Assembly (NCBI RefSeq): GCF_016433145.1
Contig: NC_058135.1
Span: 191,476,118 to 191,540,117, forward strand
DNA from: Gracilinanus agilis
Taxonomy: Eukaryota
DNA length: 64,000 nt
Reading direction: 5' to 3'
A program made the position numbers and the translations under genes. Position 1 is the first letter of the stretch, and the number at the start of each line of letters is the position of its first letter. Positions 27,201-42,200 of this stretch are shown here, piece after piece. A model generated the notes under the pieces. The model had not been told where the DNA came from. It ran no database searches and saw only the letters and a program-made list of their open reading frames with translations.

Positions 27201-30200
27201 ATGGCTGTGTTGGTATAATGCCTCCCAGATAATTTAAGTATTTTTGGTTGTTTTCACTGGGACTTCCACTAGAGTTTAATAATACTTTCCCACAAAAGCT
27301 GGGTTTTTTTTTAATAATAAAAAAATCATAAAATTAAAGAAGCATACATTGATAGAGCTAGAATCCTTTCATTTTACAGATGAGGTAACTGAACCCCTTC
27401 CCTTAGAGGTTAAATGACTTCCAAAAGCCTTAAAGCTACTTAGAAAACACAGCTGTTGTTCTGAATTCTAGGAAGAATTAATTTGATCTTAGGCCTTCTT
27501 GGTCCTGTATGGAAGAAAAATGGATATGATGGCCAAAATAAAATATTTTCAGCTGAGGTGACCTTTTTCTAATTAAAATGGTAACCTTATCTTAAACTAA
27601 AATATGAAAATTTGCATAATTTAATGACTAAGTGAAACAAAATATTTAAAATTCCAAATCTGTTACAAAGTTGAGTTTGGAGTATAGAGTAGCAGGCAAT
27701 GTTTACGCTAAAACTTCAGTTAGCTCCTTATCTCAGTAGTGTTAATGGGACTTAATAGGTCTTATTAAATAATACGTCTTATTAAAAATAGGTCTTATTA
27801 AAAATAGACTTAGCAGGACTTCTCAGGTCTTTATATATATATGACTTTTTGTAACACCTCCAAAGATGAACCATTGCAATACTATTATATTGCCCTCTGG
27901 TTATCTTGATAATTCACATATCCTAGTGGAACATTTAGGCTATTTATCCAATGTGCAAATTACATGATGATAAATATTCCTGATATGTGTGTTTTATGCC
28001 ATTTCTAAGTCACCACTGATATAATATGCCTCAGCCATCTTATTCCAGTGATGCATCTTTCCACTGCTTTCTGGTCACCTGATATTTTTATTTTTCTGAG
28101 ATTGTAATTGATGATTCAAAGGCATGTAGATATTACCAGAAGAAATTGCTACTTTAAAAAAATGATCTTCTGCAAAAGCAAATTACTAGGGAATCAATAA
28201 AAATGTTGTGCAATTTCTAAAATAGGACCTAGTCTGTCTCTGTCTCCTACTCAATTCTGGTCCAAGTTCATTGTTTACCTAAAGTGCCTAAGATAGATAG
28301 CTATGAATGTATGTAATGATGGCTCAATTCAATGAACTACCTGTACAACTGAATATGATAATTTGGGCAGTGTGCATTTTGTGAGACATTTTTTTCTAAA
28401 AATGAATGATCAAGTTAATCTTTTTGGCATTACAATGTATTTTTGTAAGAAGGCTTCATAATTTCATGAATATTAGGTATTTGGAAAACCTTGCCAATGA
28501 CAGGAAATCCTTCTATTTGAACTCTGTAGAGGACACACTGATAAGCATATTTCTCAGTTTTATAGCTTTCTGGGTTTTCATAATAAATCTCAGCACATAG
28601 TTGAGCAAAAGTCTCTGATCATATTTGTCAAAGAAACATGATTTTAATACATATAGGAGACCCCTTATTTGAGGAGAATCTTTACAGGTTTCATTTGTTT
28701 TTGCTTAGTTATATGCCTTTTTTTTAAATCCACAAACAATAGACACAGTAACATTTTATATTTTTTATAGTTCTTATGACTGTGAAGATATGATGAGCTA
28801 TAGAAAAGTCTCCAAAACTTGCCTGAATCCCTTCTCATATTCTTATTAAGAATACACTTGATGCATGTATAGACATATATTATGAAGATTTTCTATAGGT
28901 GAGAAATGTTTTAACAAGTTGGAACTTGTTATTTTTTTTTTGGATAAAAGTGTAATTTTGATGTTTTCCATTCTTTTGGAATCTCTCTTCAGATATCTTG
29001 GAAATTGATCTCTGAGTAACTTTAAATTTATGTTGCCTCTCACAGATATCCTCTCTGGATACTGGATCATTTTCAGACAATCTTACTGACATCATCATTT
29101 TAAGTGCTATTGCCACATTCTCAAGTTCCATCAAGTAATGTAATGAGACCCTAAATACTACAGTCTCTAGGGAGATTACACCACAATAAATGAGAGGGCT
29201 GGCAGACCTGTTCTAGTTCATGTTTATTTGTAACCTTTCCAGTTTTAAGCTATAAATGTGCTTGCTTACTTATGTCTCATGTGGAATTCTGTGCAGTTGT
29301 TTTCTTCTCAACTGTTTCTCACTGTCAGATGATATTGCTTATAATCTTCTGTCATTTTCTCTTATATTATGTAAATAATCTTTTACTCTAAATCTATGTT
29401 ACCTTAGGCTTCTACATTCTTTCCACTTGGCAAGGCAGTTTCTGAGTTCTTTCAAGGCTGCTTATTGTGGTAAAAGTTTTGCACTGGCCAAACCTCTCTT
29501 AAAAAGTAATAGAACAAATGTCTTTACTCTCTTCTATTTTTCATTTTTCCCAGACAACAGCTAGTTTAAACAGATTGGACTGAAACTGTTGCAATCAAAT
29601 TCAATATATTTTTCTCATTTTTAACCTTTCTTCTAATTTGGTTGATTTTGACCATTTCTCTAATTAGATAATATAACTATACAATTGATTCTGAAACAGT
29701 GTCCGTATCTCATAAAGAGATCTTAAATTTAGATCACATGATTCTCCCTCCCCTTTTACCAAACCACTCAGCTTACAAATAAGAAAATGGAATTTCTCCT
29801 TGCTGCTTACTCTATCTGAAGAATAAAATTTTCATTAAGACAGCAAAGAACTGTTTTTTATTATTGTGTAATAACTGTTTTTCTTTTGGAACAGAGCTTA
29901 AGGCAGATGTCCAGAGAGGTGAATCCCCCAAGGGTACTATATTATGTTTCTGTGTAAGAATTATGGTCCAGCCTCCAAATTCCTCATCTACTTCCTCTTT
30001 CTGTCCAGATTGTCTCTATTAAATCTGAAAGATTTTCTGCTTTAATGATCTTTATCCAAATTCTATGAAGTTTCCCTGCTAAGGGTTTCTGAATTTCCTA
30101 AAATGAGGATACCTTAAAATACAATGCAAATCATTTAACTTTTATCTATGCTGTTCCCAATGAATAAAGTATAACTCTCTAGAGCAGGGCTCAGCAACCT

Positions 30201-33200
30201 TTTTGGCCGTGAGAGCCATAAATGCCACATTTTTTTAAATGTAATTTCATGAGAGCCATACAGTGCTGACAGTGCACTCCTGTAACAGCGCCTGAAAAAA
30301 AATTGACTTTATGGCTCCTGAAGAAAGAGCCATATGTTACCAACCCCTGCTCTAGAGCCATACCCGATCTATGTATGGGTCCCACTGCACCAAATCTTAC
30401 TATGAGGTCAAACTTGCCTTTAATAGAGAATTTTTCATGTTTGATTGTTATCTATATTTTGCATGCTTATGTACAGATATCTCAGGCTATAGATTTTATC
30501 TCCTTTGAATTATTAAGCAATTTAACTGATATCCTTTACTAGTTTCTAATCTAAAATGTACTATTTATTAAATACTACTATTTTAACACTATCTAATAAT
30601 AAACTTATTCTAATTAAAATTAACTCATTATTATATTAAATACAATTACAGTTAAATGTATTTTACAAGTATATTTCAATAAATGAATTTCACTGCATGA
30701 AACTATTATATTTCATTTACTTTCTGTTTTGACCAGTAATTTTTGTTCATAAGATTATGCTCTTGAACTGGAATAAACCTTGAAAGATATCTAATCCAAA
30801 CTAATTATTTTGTAAATGAGAAAACTTGAATCTTAGAGAAGGTTAAGTGATTTAGTCATTACTATCAGAGGTGGCACTGAGCCCAGACCCTCTGATTCCA
30901 TAACCATGCTCCTCTCCTACTTCTCCTCTTACATGGGGTGTTATTCATGTCCTTCTAGTTCTTCTTTGTCTATTTTGAACAATTTTAGATCTATCCCTAT
31001 TTCTTGACATCTGTCATCTCTGTCTACCTTAATTGCTCTATAGCATTCCAATCTTTTTTTCAATTGTTTCTGACTTTTCATAACTCCATTTTGGGGTTTT
31101 CTTAGCAAACATACTAAAGTGATTTGCCATTTCCCCTTCTAGCTCATTTTACAGATGAGAAAACTGAGGCAAACCAGGTAAAGTGACTTCTCCAAGGGAC
31201 ATACATCTAGGACATATCTGAGGCCAGATTTGAACTCAGGTCTTCCTGAGGCCTAATGCTTTATCCATTGTGCCAACTAGCTATCTTTTTCATTAGATTA
31301 GTGGACCATAATTTCCCAATTTGTTACATTTTGCTTATTAGACAAAATTTTTTTCAATTGTCAAATATTTGAGCATCATCACAGACTTTAAAAAATTGAT
31401 TAACACATATCTACCATTATTTGTATGGGATCTAGAATGGTAGATCTATATAGTGTGATATTTTTCACATATTGTATTTCATATACCTCCTGAAAGAGGT
31501 TTAACAAAATATCTAATTATTTCACAAATTGCAGAAAGAAATTAGAGGCTAAGAAAAAAATTCTCTATATAACTTAACTTCTAATATATTCCAGGCAACA
31601 GTTTGTGGGTAATTTTCCATAGTAGTCATGAATAATTTTATTTTCTAAAAGTTATGTATATGTTTTTTGTGAGGGATATTGACAGCTCTATTTACCTATT
31701 ATTTACTTAAAAGATTATTTGAATATTTAGATTTACTAATCATTTATATTATCCAAGTAAACATTTTAAGTAAAAATGTCTATATTAAGAATATTTTAAA
31801 AGTAAATAGCATGCATAATAATTTATTGTTCTAGTCTGTTACATTTTAACTGATACTTTTTTTCATATTTGTCTGATACTTTTTTTTTGTCTATTTCCTA
31901 GATGTGAAATATTCTTATTCAGAAGTTTCTTCTACACATACTTTTCAGTAGTTTTTTTAAACTGCTATATGCTTATGCTATTCAAATCACAACCTGTAAT
32001 TTCTTGGTTCCCTAGTTCTTAGTGTCATCCTCTCAATGATTACCTTCCATGTGCTCTATATTTCTCTCGCATGTTTTGACTTACATATGTTGTCTCCTCC
32101 ATCAAAAAATAAACTTCTTGAAGGCAGAGATTGCTTTGGCTTTTTCATTGTATTTCTGGCACTTAGCACAATGCCTGACACATGGCAATCACTTAATAAA
32201 TGTTTGTTAATTGCCTGAAAAATGTAACTAATGGTAAATTCCTGGAGTGTAGAGATTAAATCCCAGAAGTTTACACATATTAGGTATAACAAATATTTGT
32301 TATTGTAGAAACTAAATATAACTGAAGTATTACAATATTTAAATTACATGGTAATCTTGTTCCAAAAATTCTAAAAGTAACACAACGTAAAAGTATAAAA
32401 AATTATTTCATGATCAAATAAACAAATATTCCCACTTCTTGCAAGTGAGCTTTTGCAAAATATATATGCACAACTGAAATATAGCCTGTGCTTTTTTTCT
32501 ACTTACCTCAGGTTGATTAGAAACATTCAAAATGAGGGCCCACAATTCTGCTCTAAGGGCCGTTGGGCTACCTTGTCTGATATACTGTTGAGCAGCAGCA
32601 CTATCTTGTTCTGCTAAAACTGCCGAAAGAAAAAAATACCATATCAAGATTTTACTAGAATGTTAAAGTTAATGGAGAAATTTGAAATACATTTTAAGTT
32701 ATATAACTAGATACAAAAGGCTTAAGTGGTAAGACCATTACTTACTAGTATGCATTGGCTCAGTCTTTTGAACTCAAAAACTTCTTTTTCTTAAAACTAG
32801 GTTTATTGGGGGCAGCTGGGTAGCTCAGTGGATTGAGAGCCAGGCCTAGAGACGGGAGGTCCTAGGTTCAAATCCGGCCTCAGACACTTCCCAGCTGTGT
32901 GACCCTGGGCAAGTCACTTGACCCCCATTACCTACCCTTACCACCCTTCCACCTATAAGTCAATACACAGAAGTTAAAGGTTTAAAAAAAAACAAGAAAA
33001 AAAAACTATGTTTATTCCTAAGGTCTGACATCACACCACACTATAGTTTAATTTTTCTTTCTTTCTCTGGTTTTCCAGTGTGATGGAATAACTTGCTCTT
33101 TTCATAATACTACTACTGTCAAGTTTCAAATTGTTCTGTAGTTCCTGTTCTTGGTTACAAGTTTTGGTTTATAATATACTCTGCCTAAGGTCCACCCCAT

Positions 33201-36200
33201 TTGCATGATAGTTTAAGGGATTACTACTCAATGAAAAGATTTTTCAGAGGAACAAAATAATTTTAACCTTCCAGGTCAAATCAAAGCAAGCTTTCCTTTA
33301 TACTTACTCAAATTAAGTACCTATAATGTTTAAACTGTTTTGAACTTGAGAATTTTCTAGATACTGAGGGGAAAAAATGCCAAAAACGGATAAAGATGAA
33401 GATAAGAACATCCAACTAACATTTAATTAAAAGGAACTATTTCATGTAACAGCATGATACAATGTAGGGGTTCTTAATCTTTTCTGGTATAATACTAGTC
33501 ATAAGGAAGACTAGTAATCCTGTGGAGCCCTTTGCAGAATATTTTTTAATGTGTAAAATGAAATATATAGGATTATAAAAAAACCAATTAAAGTGAAATA
33601 TAGTTATCAAAATATATAAAAATACACAAACTCAATGACCTATAGTTAAGAAAACAGCATAGAGGAAAGAACTCTGGCTTCAAATACTACCTCTGAAACT
33701 TAATTAGCTATATAACCATGGATAGGTGACTTAATTTCCCCAAGACTCAGCTTCTGTATCTGCAAGATGGGAAAGCTAAATATATCTACCTCACATAGTT
33801 ACTTTGATCAAGATAGTTGGTATAGCTAAAACATTTTGCAAATATTAAATTATGATACAAATTTTAGCTCCTTTCATTACTGTTGTCATTATTATACATA
33901 CTTAATAAAATCTGTCTTAAAAAAAAGAAACCCCTTTATTCTGTCTTAGAATTCATACTATGTATTGGTTCTAAGGAAGAAGAATGGTAAGGACAAGGAA
34001 TTAAGTATCTTGCCCAGGGTCACATCTGTGTCTGAGGCCAGATTTGGACCAGGAACCTCTCCTCTCTTGGCCTGGCTCTCTATCCACTAAGTCACCTAGC
34101 AGCCCTCTAAAATCTATCTTATTTTTTTTAATGGAAGAAAGATATGGTTAAAGAAAACAAAGCTATATAGAGATCTGGAGATAAAAACTAATGCTAACAA
34201 ACAAATACAAGATTATCTTTTATTTTGTATTTATGGCAAAAGTTCTACAGAATGAAAATGAAATCCTACAAATAAGATTTTTTAAAAATTACTGCATTTG
34301 GCTTTAGGACTCTAACAGCATTAATATAAAACATCTACACTGACATCACAGGCATCTGTGCTTTCAAAAATAAGATTCATCAAAATCAGGAAAAACTTCA
34401 TTAATCTAAGGGGAAAATATTCCCAAAGGAACTAATAGATGAATCAGTTGTTAAATCTTACTTCTGAGAATAATCATCTAGAAGTGTTAACGTTATATTT
34501 TCTCCTGATGCATGTGCATAATTCCCATTAACACTAATGAGATGTGTGTGTGTATCCAAGACAAATGGGCTTCTTTGATTTTAAAATAAAATTCAAAGGT
34601 AGCATGAGTTAAATTATTACCACAGAGATATGTGTCTGTGCTTTCTATTTCTTTTTTAGTGAACCAACTGTGCAGTTTTCAGCTGCTATTTTTTTCTAGA
34701 GGTAAAATAATAGCCTTTTTGTCTATATACTTTCCATTACATTTTATTATCCCTACTTATATGTGATTACCTTTTTAGATTCTTTACTTTTTAGGGAATA
34801 GGTTATTAAATAATGGTACAGAACACAAGCATTTCTTTAGGGAATTCTAAATTCTTAAGAATTTATAAAAATTAGAATTTTAACTTACCTTTTTGTCCAA
34901 GCCGTACATGCTCATTTTCAAAAAGCTCTGAGTTTGGAGAGAAAATAATATTATGAGTTGAAAAATAAATGCTCTATAAACATTATGTGTAACTGCTGTC
35001 ATCCATTTTAGGCATTTAAAAAGGTTGACCATGTTAAAAACATTTATCTCTAGTGACAATGACCATTCTTTTGAATGTAGAAAGTTCCTTTTCTTAAGTT
35101 GTCTAAGGTTATATAAAGTTGGAGGTGTCATCTCAGCAACCTCTAAAAATACATGAAAAAGGTAAGTTAAGTTCCCTTTCCTCTCCTCCTAAAATACCTT
35201 CTCATATCAATGAAAATAGGAAACATTCTAATAACTGGAATCATCTACTAATTGTGTTATTTTCATACAAATATAGTTTTGATGTAATGATGCATAATGT
35301 CATAAGAGTTATTGCTAAGCATTGACCATTAGTGACACTTTTTTCCCCACTGAGAATCTTAGGGTACTGGTAAAGCATAAACTCACCAGAATTCTAACAT
35401 AACATAAGCATTATTATGAAAAAGATTTGGATATCACAAGTACATTCCTCAAAGTTATAAAAGACAAAAAAAGCACTACCCATGAAAAGAATATTAGCCC
35501 TATTCTCCAAAGCTAGTGCCATGACAAGCATGTGTAAGAACAAGTATTTATGTGAGTTTGTAAATATATAAAATAGGACCAGAAGAAAGAAAAACCCCAT
35601 AGATTTTTATGTCAGATATATATTCTGACCTTTAATGATAGTTTTCTCTCATTATATTTGTAAATAAGCTGAAAATTATGGATATATCAAAGTATGAACA
35701 AAAATAATAATTTATGGATGGATTGATTTTAAAGAATTTGAAAGATCCAAGTTCTTTTTAGCTATAATTTAAATCTACAAGTGAAACTTAATTTTTATAA
35801 ATGAATCATTTTGCAACATTTTCTAATTTTCAGTATTATATTTCAATTTAACCACAGTCATAAGGATAGAAAATTAGACAACCATGATTTAAAACTTAAA
35901 AAATAAATTTCTCATCTTCTTTATCCCAAGTAATATTATCAATCTAAAACACAAGCAAAACATTATCATTGAATAAGCAATAATTTAACTCATGTGCAGC
36001 AGTTATTGCCTATGTATAATGAGATAACAAAAACTACCATAACAACTAAGTGACATCAAAGTGACATTGAAAAATAAAAAAGACACAGACACTCATAATG
36101 AAAACTATTTTTAAGAACTCTCAGAGGATCAAGGAGAAAGAGGAAAAAAACAAAACAAAACCCAAAAGTTCTAGTTCAAATGAATTCCTACCTCCTATAG

Positions 36201-39200
36201 AGCAATGAAAAGCTTGCCAAAAAAGAAAGATATTCTATATATTTATAGGGTAAAACAAAAAACCCACATATGGGGCAGACAGGAAATTTAATATATTTGG
36301 CTTCTTCTGATGGTACCATTTTAGTATAATCAATGTTTACACTAGGACTGTGAAACCATGTCTGTACTAGTAATTAAATGTTGAGGAAAATATCTAGATA
36401 AGGCCTATACAATTCTTATTTTTAATCTTATTTTATCTTTAGCAGACATTGGTGTTTACCTAACTTAATGACAATAAGGTCAGTAAAAATGGATAGTGAT
36501 AATTAGGCAGGGAAAATTGGAGTACAAACAATATAGATTTTTATTTCAAAAAATTAAGTTTGGAAGCCTAATGACTTTTAAAACCACAGGTACAGTCTCT
36601 ATTACTAATAACTTTCAACACCTGTTTTTAAATTTAAAAGTTTACAAAATCCCTTACAGCTGATAAAGGTTCCATCTGAATTCCTTCTTAATAATAAAAT
36701 GATCAGAAAAAGCATTTTGATGTTTAAAATAAAATTTTGAGGGACTAATTTAAAATAAGATAATCTTTTAAAAGAAGGCCATTTATTATTATCATTATTA
36801 TTATATTTCATTTAGCAGCTAAATACTAACCAGGAGGCACTTGTGTAGCATCATCAATACCCAGCTGTCCTGTATTTAAGCTCAATTCAACAAAGAACTC
36901 TTTCTGAAAAATAAAAATTAAAAAAACAGGAATAAATAGAGATCTCAGGCTCACTATTCCTAAATATCTCCAAATAAAAAATTCCTTTTCATTAAAAATG
37001 AAAAACATTTTCCAGATAATGCTGGGTGCCCTTTTTCTAAAATTGTTATTTAGTGTTAACTAACTTTTAAAATAATGTAAAGAACAGAGATAATACAAAG
37101 GCATCCTGTTATGGCAGTTTCATGCAAATAATTCATATTTTAAGGGATGAGAGAAATTCACACATACTATTTTTTTAAAATAGTTCTCCCATCTAAATGG
37201 TTTTTCTATTTTCCTGATTCTATTTTAAAAACAACAACAAAGTTTAATTTTATGCCTTCCTATTTCCAAGCATTTCCCCTCCTGATCCTGATTTTATGTC
37301 TATTATGAACAAAGTAAGGTGAAGGTCAGAGGAAAAATAATTAACAATCCCTAAACAGTCAAATCTTTTCCACCTAATTTTTCTTTCCCTAACAACTTAT
37401 TTTTTTTAAAGAAGAGTTTTAAGGTTTACAAAATGCTAACCTAGCTACAGTCTTTTGAAATAAAGTGTCATTATCCTTATTTTGCAGGTAAAGAAACTGA
37501 AGCTTCAAGCAGTTTAATGCCCTATCCCCTAGTCAAATACGTAGCAAGTAATGGAGCCAAGTCCTGAATTCAGGTTTTCTAAACAGTTTCAACAGTACTT
37601 CTCAATTTAATTACCTGAGATGATTATTGTAAAGAACTACTATTTTCTCTTAATGGATCTTATGGAGATCTTCACTAATATAGTACCTATCACTTTCTAC
37701 ACAATGGTATGAATTATTCCTCGCCAAGTAGAAGGCTTAAATTATAATTTAATAATGAGAAGTAATTAATTAGACAGCTAATATCTAAGATTATATGAAT
37801 TTTTTTGCTAGGTATAATGAAATCAAAAGTATTGTGAAAATGAAGACAAAGAACATTTGCTCCCTGGACATTCTCTTATAATTCATGAAGAAAGTAATCA
37901 CATTCATCTTGAATAATTTTTCTTCTGAAATTTCTAAAGCATGTTAATCATAATATGCATGTTTTCATTATATCCTAGTTTCATAAATTAGTTTTCATCT
38001 GCTATTTAAAAAGTTTTCCATAGCTACATATCTTGGAACACTAAGATCTCAGAAAATTCAAGGATATGTGGTACACAGAAACAGGCTTATGTATACCACA
38101 TAGAAGCCCAGAGTAGCACTGACAATTATATGTGAAAAGTAACAAAATGTGGCATCGAGGATGGGTACAGTTAGTAGAAGGAAAAACTGGTCATGGAACA
38201 CAAGTGAAGAATTAGACAGACAGTGTGATGTTGCAGATAGAATACTGGGCTTGGACTCGGGTAAAGCTGAGTTTGAAACCCAGGTCAAACATTTTCCAGC
38301 TGAGTGTCCTTGAGATGGGACCCCAGGTTCCTTTGTCTCCGAGTCTCAGTAGCTTCATCTGTGAAATGAAGATAATACTTTTAACTAATTCACAGTGTTA
38401 TGAGGTTCAAACCTATAATTTCATTGGTATAAAGAATTTCTAGATGAAGTACCATCTCTTCATTCTAGAGTCTTAGAAATTTGCCCAGAATAGCGATGTT
38501 AAACTCAGATTAAAAAAAAAAACAACACATCTCTGACTATAGCTCTTAGAAAATGATAAATTAATCTTATCTGTATTATATTTTATTTTTATTTGCTTTG
38601 TTAAATATTTCCTAGCTACATTTTAATTTGGTTCCAGGCCCACTGTCAGGGTCCATGCAGCCCTGCCACTTAAGATACTTCAGGGCTTAGAGCCCTACAG
38701 GTTAAGTGCCCAAAAGTCACAGAGCCTAAATCCTTTCCAAGGTACTATCCATTGTGGCATGTTGCCAACAGTGTTTCTGTATGAGAAAATCTTTCTCTAT
38801 AACAAAGTATACAGTCTTTCTGGAAAAGAAAGAGCTAGCTGATGCTGCAAAGGATAGGGTGCTAGGAGTCAGCAACACCTAAATGAAAATTCTACCTCAG
38901 CCACTTACTATCTATGAGACTGTGGACAAGTCACTTAACTGCTGTCTGTCTCTTATTTCCTCATCTATAAAATGAAGGAATTGGACTCAATAGCCTCTAA
39001 GGTTCCTTCTAGTTCTAAATCTACAATTCTTTAATCAAGTAGTTTTAATCTAAAAGTACAAGTTATTATTATTTTATTCTAAATGAAGTTCTAATAAAAA
39101 AAAATTATCCAAGGACATTTGTTATCCTACTACTGTTTCTTTCTTCCTGTTATCCAGTGAATAAAACTAGATAATGGATTTTTGTATTTGAATGAAAGAG

Positions 39201-42200
39201 TTGGGATGCAAGCTCATCTGTAAACTCACTGAAAGCATCTTCAGTTCAACTCTAGTAGCAGACAAGATGGCAGAGATGATATCTATAGCCTCCAAGTGGC
39301 ATAATGACTTGATTTCTTCAAGAGTTGATATATTTTGGGATGACTGAAGTTGTGAACGTTTCATAGAGAGTATATACATACAAGTAATTGATATATATTT
39401 AGAGGGATTATTTATGTTCTCATTTTTAGATGATAAAATATATTGAAAGAAAAATAAGAAAGAAGAAGAAAGAAAAATCAAACTATGGTGAAAACCCTGA
39501 ATTCCTTGATAGACAAACATTTATGCATTTATTTTTTAGAAGTGAATCAATTCTTTAAAAAAAATTTAAGCAAATCAACTCTTTCAGAAATACTAATATA
39601 CTTAATATTTAGTAATCTAATGGAAATAATGTAAATCTTGAATAATCTAATTCATTTAAAAGGTCACTAATATATAGTCCTAAAAATTAAACTGAATGTA
39701 GGCTCAGAGCCCATTATTATTACTGATGGTTTCTTACCATAATTTCATTTTTCTTCTTTAAAAACAAAAATATGAATTCATCTGTTTTAATCCAGGATAA
39801 GACTAAGTAATTTGGGGTAAAGCCTAACTAGAGTTGGGAGATATTTTTCTAATAGGAAAATAAATGTTAACAGTTTTTAAATGAATAATTAAAAATAATT
39901 TTTATCTTAGTGTGATCCAACTAAAACATTTAAAATAAAATAACTTTTTAGTTCTGAAGTATCAAAACTAGATTGAGTCCGATAATCTTAGGATGTTTTA
40001 CACTTTTTTCACTTCATTTTTAATGAAGCATATATATTTTATTCATAAGAGGAAGAAATGCTTTTTACCATCAACTCAATTTCAACTGTGTGAAGACAAG
40101 AACAAGATGCTGTAGCATTCAATAACCACACAAAAATCCTGAAAACAAGAACCATACTTTAAAAGTAATTCCTTACCTTATTGATGAAATCAGTAACATA
40201 AATAACCATACAGATTCAGTATCCAAATATAGAAACAATGCCAAAATTGATGCTATAATTTCCAAATATCAATATTCATAAAGTCATGTAGAAAACAACA
40301 TTTATTCTTAGAAATCATTTTATTATAGTTCAAGATTCCATTATAGTTAAGATGGATACTTTTTTGGCCACAAAATGCAAACCAAATTTTAGCTAATTTG
40401 AAAATGTGCTAAATACCAGTGAAAAATAGAAATTCTTTATTCCTAAAGGAAAAGTATATATAAATCCAAGAGAAATCCAAAAACTTTGGGTCTACTCATT
40501 TAAGTGACTAATTTTATTCATGTTTCAAATATATTATATATATAAATATTTAGCTTAAAAATGTGCATGCTTTTAAGAGATTATTTATAAATAACTTTCA
40601 CTTACCAATTCAGAGATATATTTTACTTTCAGAGGAACCTGAATTAAGCCCAAATGAGTTTTAAAATTAAGATGTTCACCATTTTCATAATTTGGGTTGC
40701 GAAGATTAATTAATACCTTTCAAAAATACAACAAAATTAGTCATTATCAGTATGAATTATTAGATTTCAAATACAACTAGCTCATAGTACAAACTTATTA
40801 AATGGCTAAGTATTACAGTATGCAAAAAATCTGATCATCTAACAAAATTACAAACTTGAATTTAAAATATAAATAAAACACATTTCAAAGTTTTTACTTT
40901 TTTCCTAAAACATAAGAATTTAGTTATAAATAGGAATGTGTTAATTGCATGGATAATGAAATGTGAGAACAGGTTTTCAGTAAAAGGGACTGTAAAATCT
41001 CTCCATCTTCCTCAATAATTTTAAAAATAGGATTGACAATCACTTAATCAGGAAAGTATAAGTGTACCCACAAGGTTGTGAGGGTAGAGGCGGCTCAGAT
41101 AACCTTGAGAATTCCTTTCAGACCTAATTAAAATTAACAAATTTAGTTTAGAATACCATGTTTCAAATAACATTTACGTCACCAAAATTGAAAAAAGAAT
41201 TATTTTGATAACTTATAAGTATGAATAATACTAAAAATGTTTCATTAATTGACATTAATTAACTTGCTATTTCAACTCTATTACATTTAATTTCACTAAC
41301 TGTGTTTTAAATAATATAAAAAATTGGGGCAGCTTGGTAGCTCAGTGGATTGAGAGCCAGGCCTAGAGACAGGAAGGTCCTAGGTTCAAATCTGGCCTCA
41401 GACACTTCCCAGCTGTGTGACCCTGGGCAAGTCACTTAACACCCATTGCCCACCCTTACCACTCTTCCACCTATGAGCCAATACACAGAAGTTAAGGGTT
41501 TTAAAAAAATTTTTAAATATATATTAAATAATATAAAGATTAACATTCAGGAACCTAATTCTTAAATATATAATAATGAAAGTTTCTTTTTGGTAAGAAC
41601 CATGCATTACACTTATATATCCTATAGCATAGTGACATATAGTTGGTACTCAATAAATACCTAAAAAATTATTGATGAAAACATAAATCCTAATGTACAA
41701 AAATGAGAAAAAACTAACCTAATTTTATTTACTTTCTTAATTCAGAAATATATGACATTGTGAAAATGGTCAATCATATAATTATTTATTATATGCCTAT
41801 AATGTTTATGAGACATTCAATTTAAGATGTCTAATAGGTAATTTGGAAGATCAGGAAAAGCTTCATGAAAAAAGTTATACTTAACAAGTATTTTGAAGGA
41901 AGAGAGAGGTTCTAAGAGATAAAGGCTAATACCAAATACTAAAATACCAAATATTAAAATACCAAACATGGGGGCCAGGACAAATATAGAAGTATGAGAT
42001 GGAATGTGGAGTGTGAGGATCAGTGAGACAAGTTTAGTTGGATCAGAGTATACAAGTCAGACTGGTAAGATTGGTTGGGACTAGGTTTCCTAGGATCTTA
42101 TTTGATCCTTACAATAATCCCTGTCAAGTAGGTATTAAAAGTTTACATGATTGCCTAAGCTTATATTTTGCCACTGCTTTGCTTATAATATCCAAATATA

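Noticed and set aside
39167-39520. 117-aa minus-strand ORF between exons 8 and 9 (with a 51-aa ORF on the opposite strand)
   Set aside because: The N-terminal half is a low-complexity T-rich run, I found no bounding splice sites, and exons 8 and 9 already join in frame.
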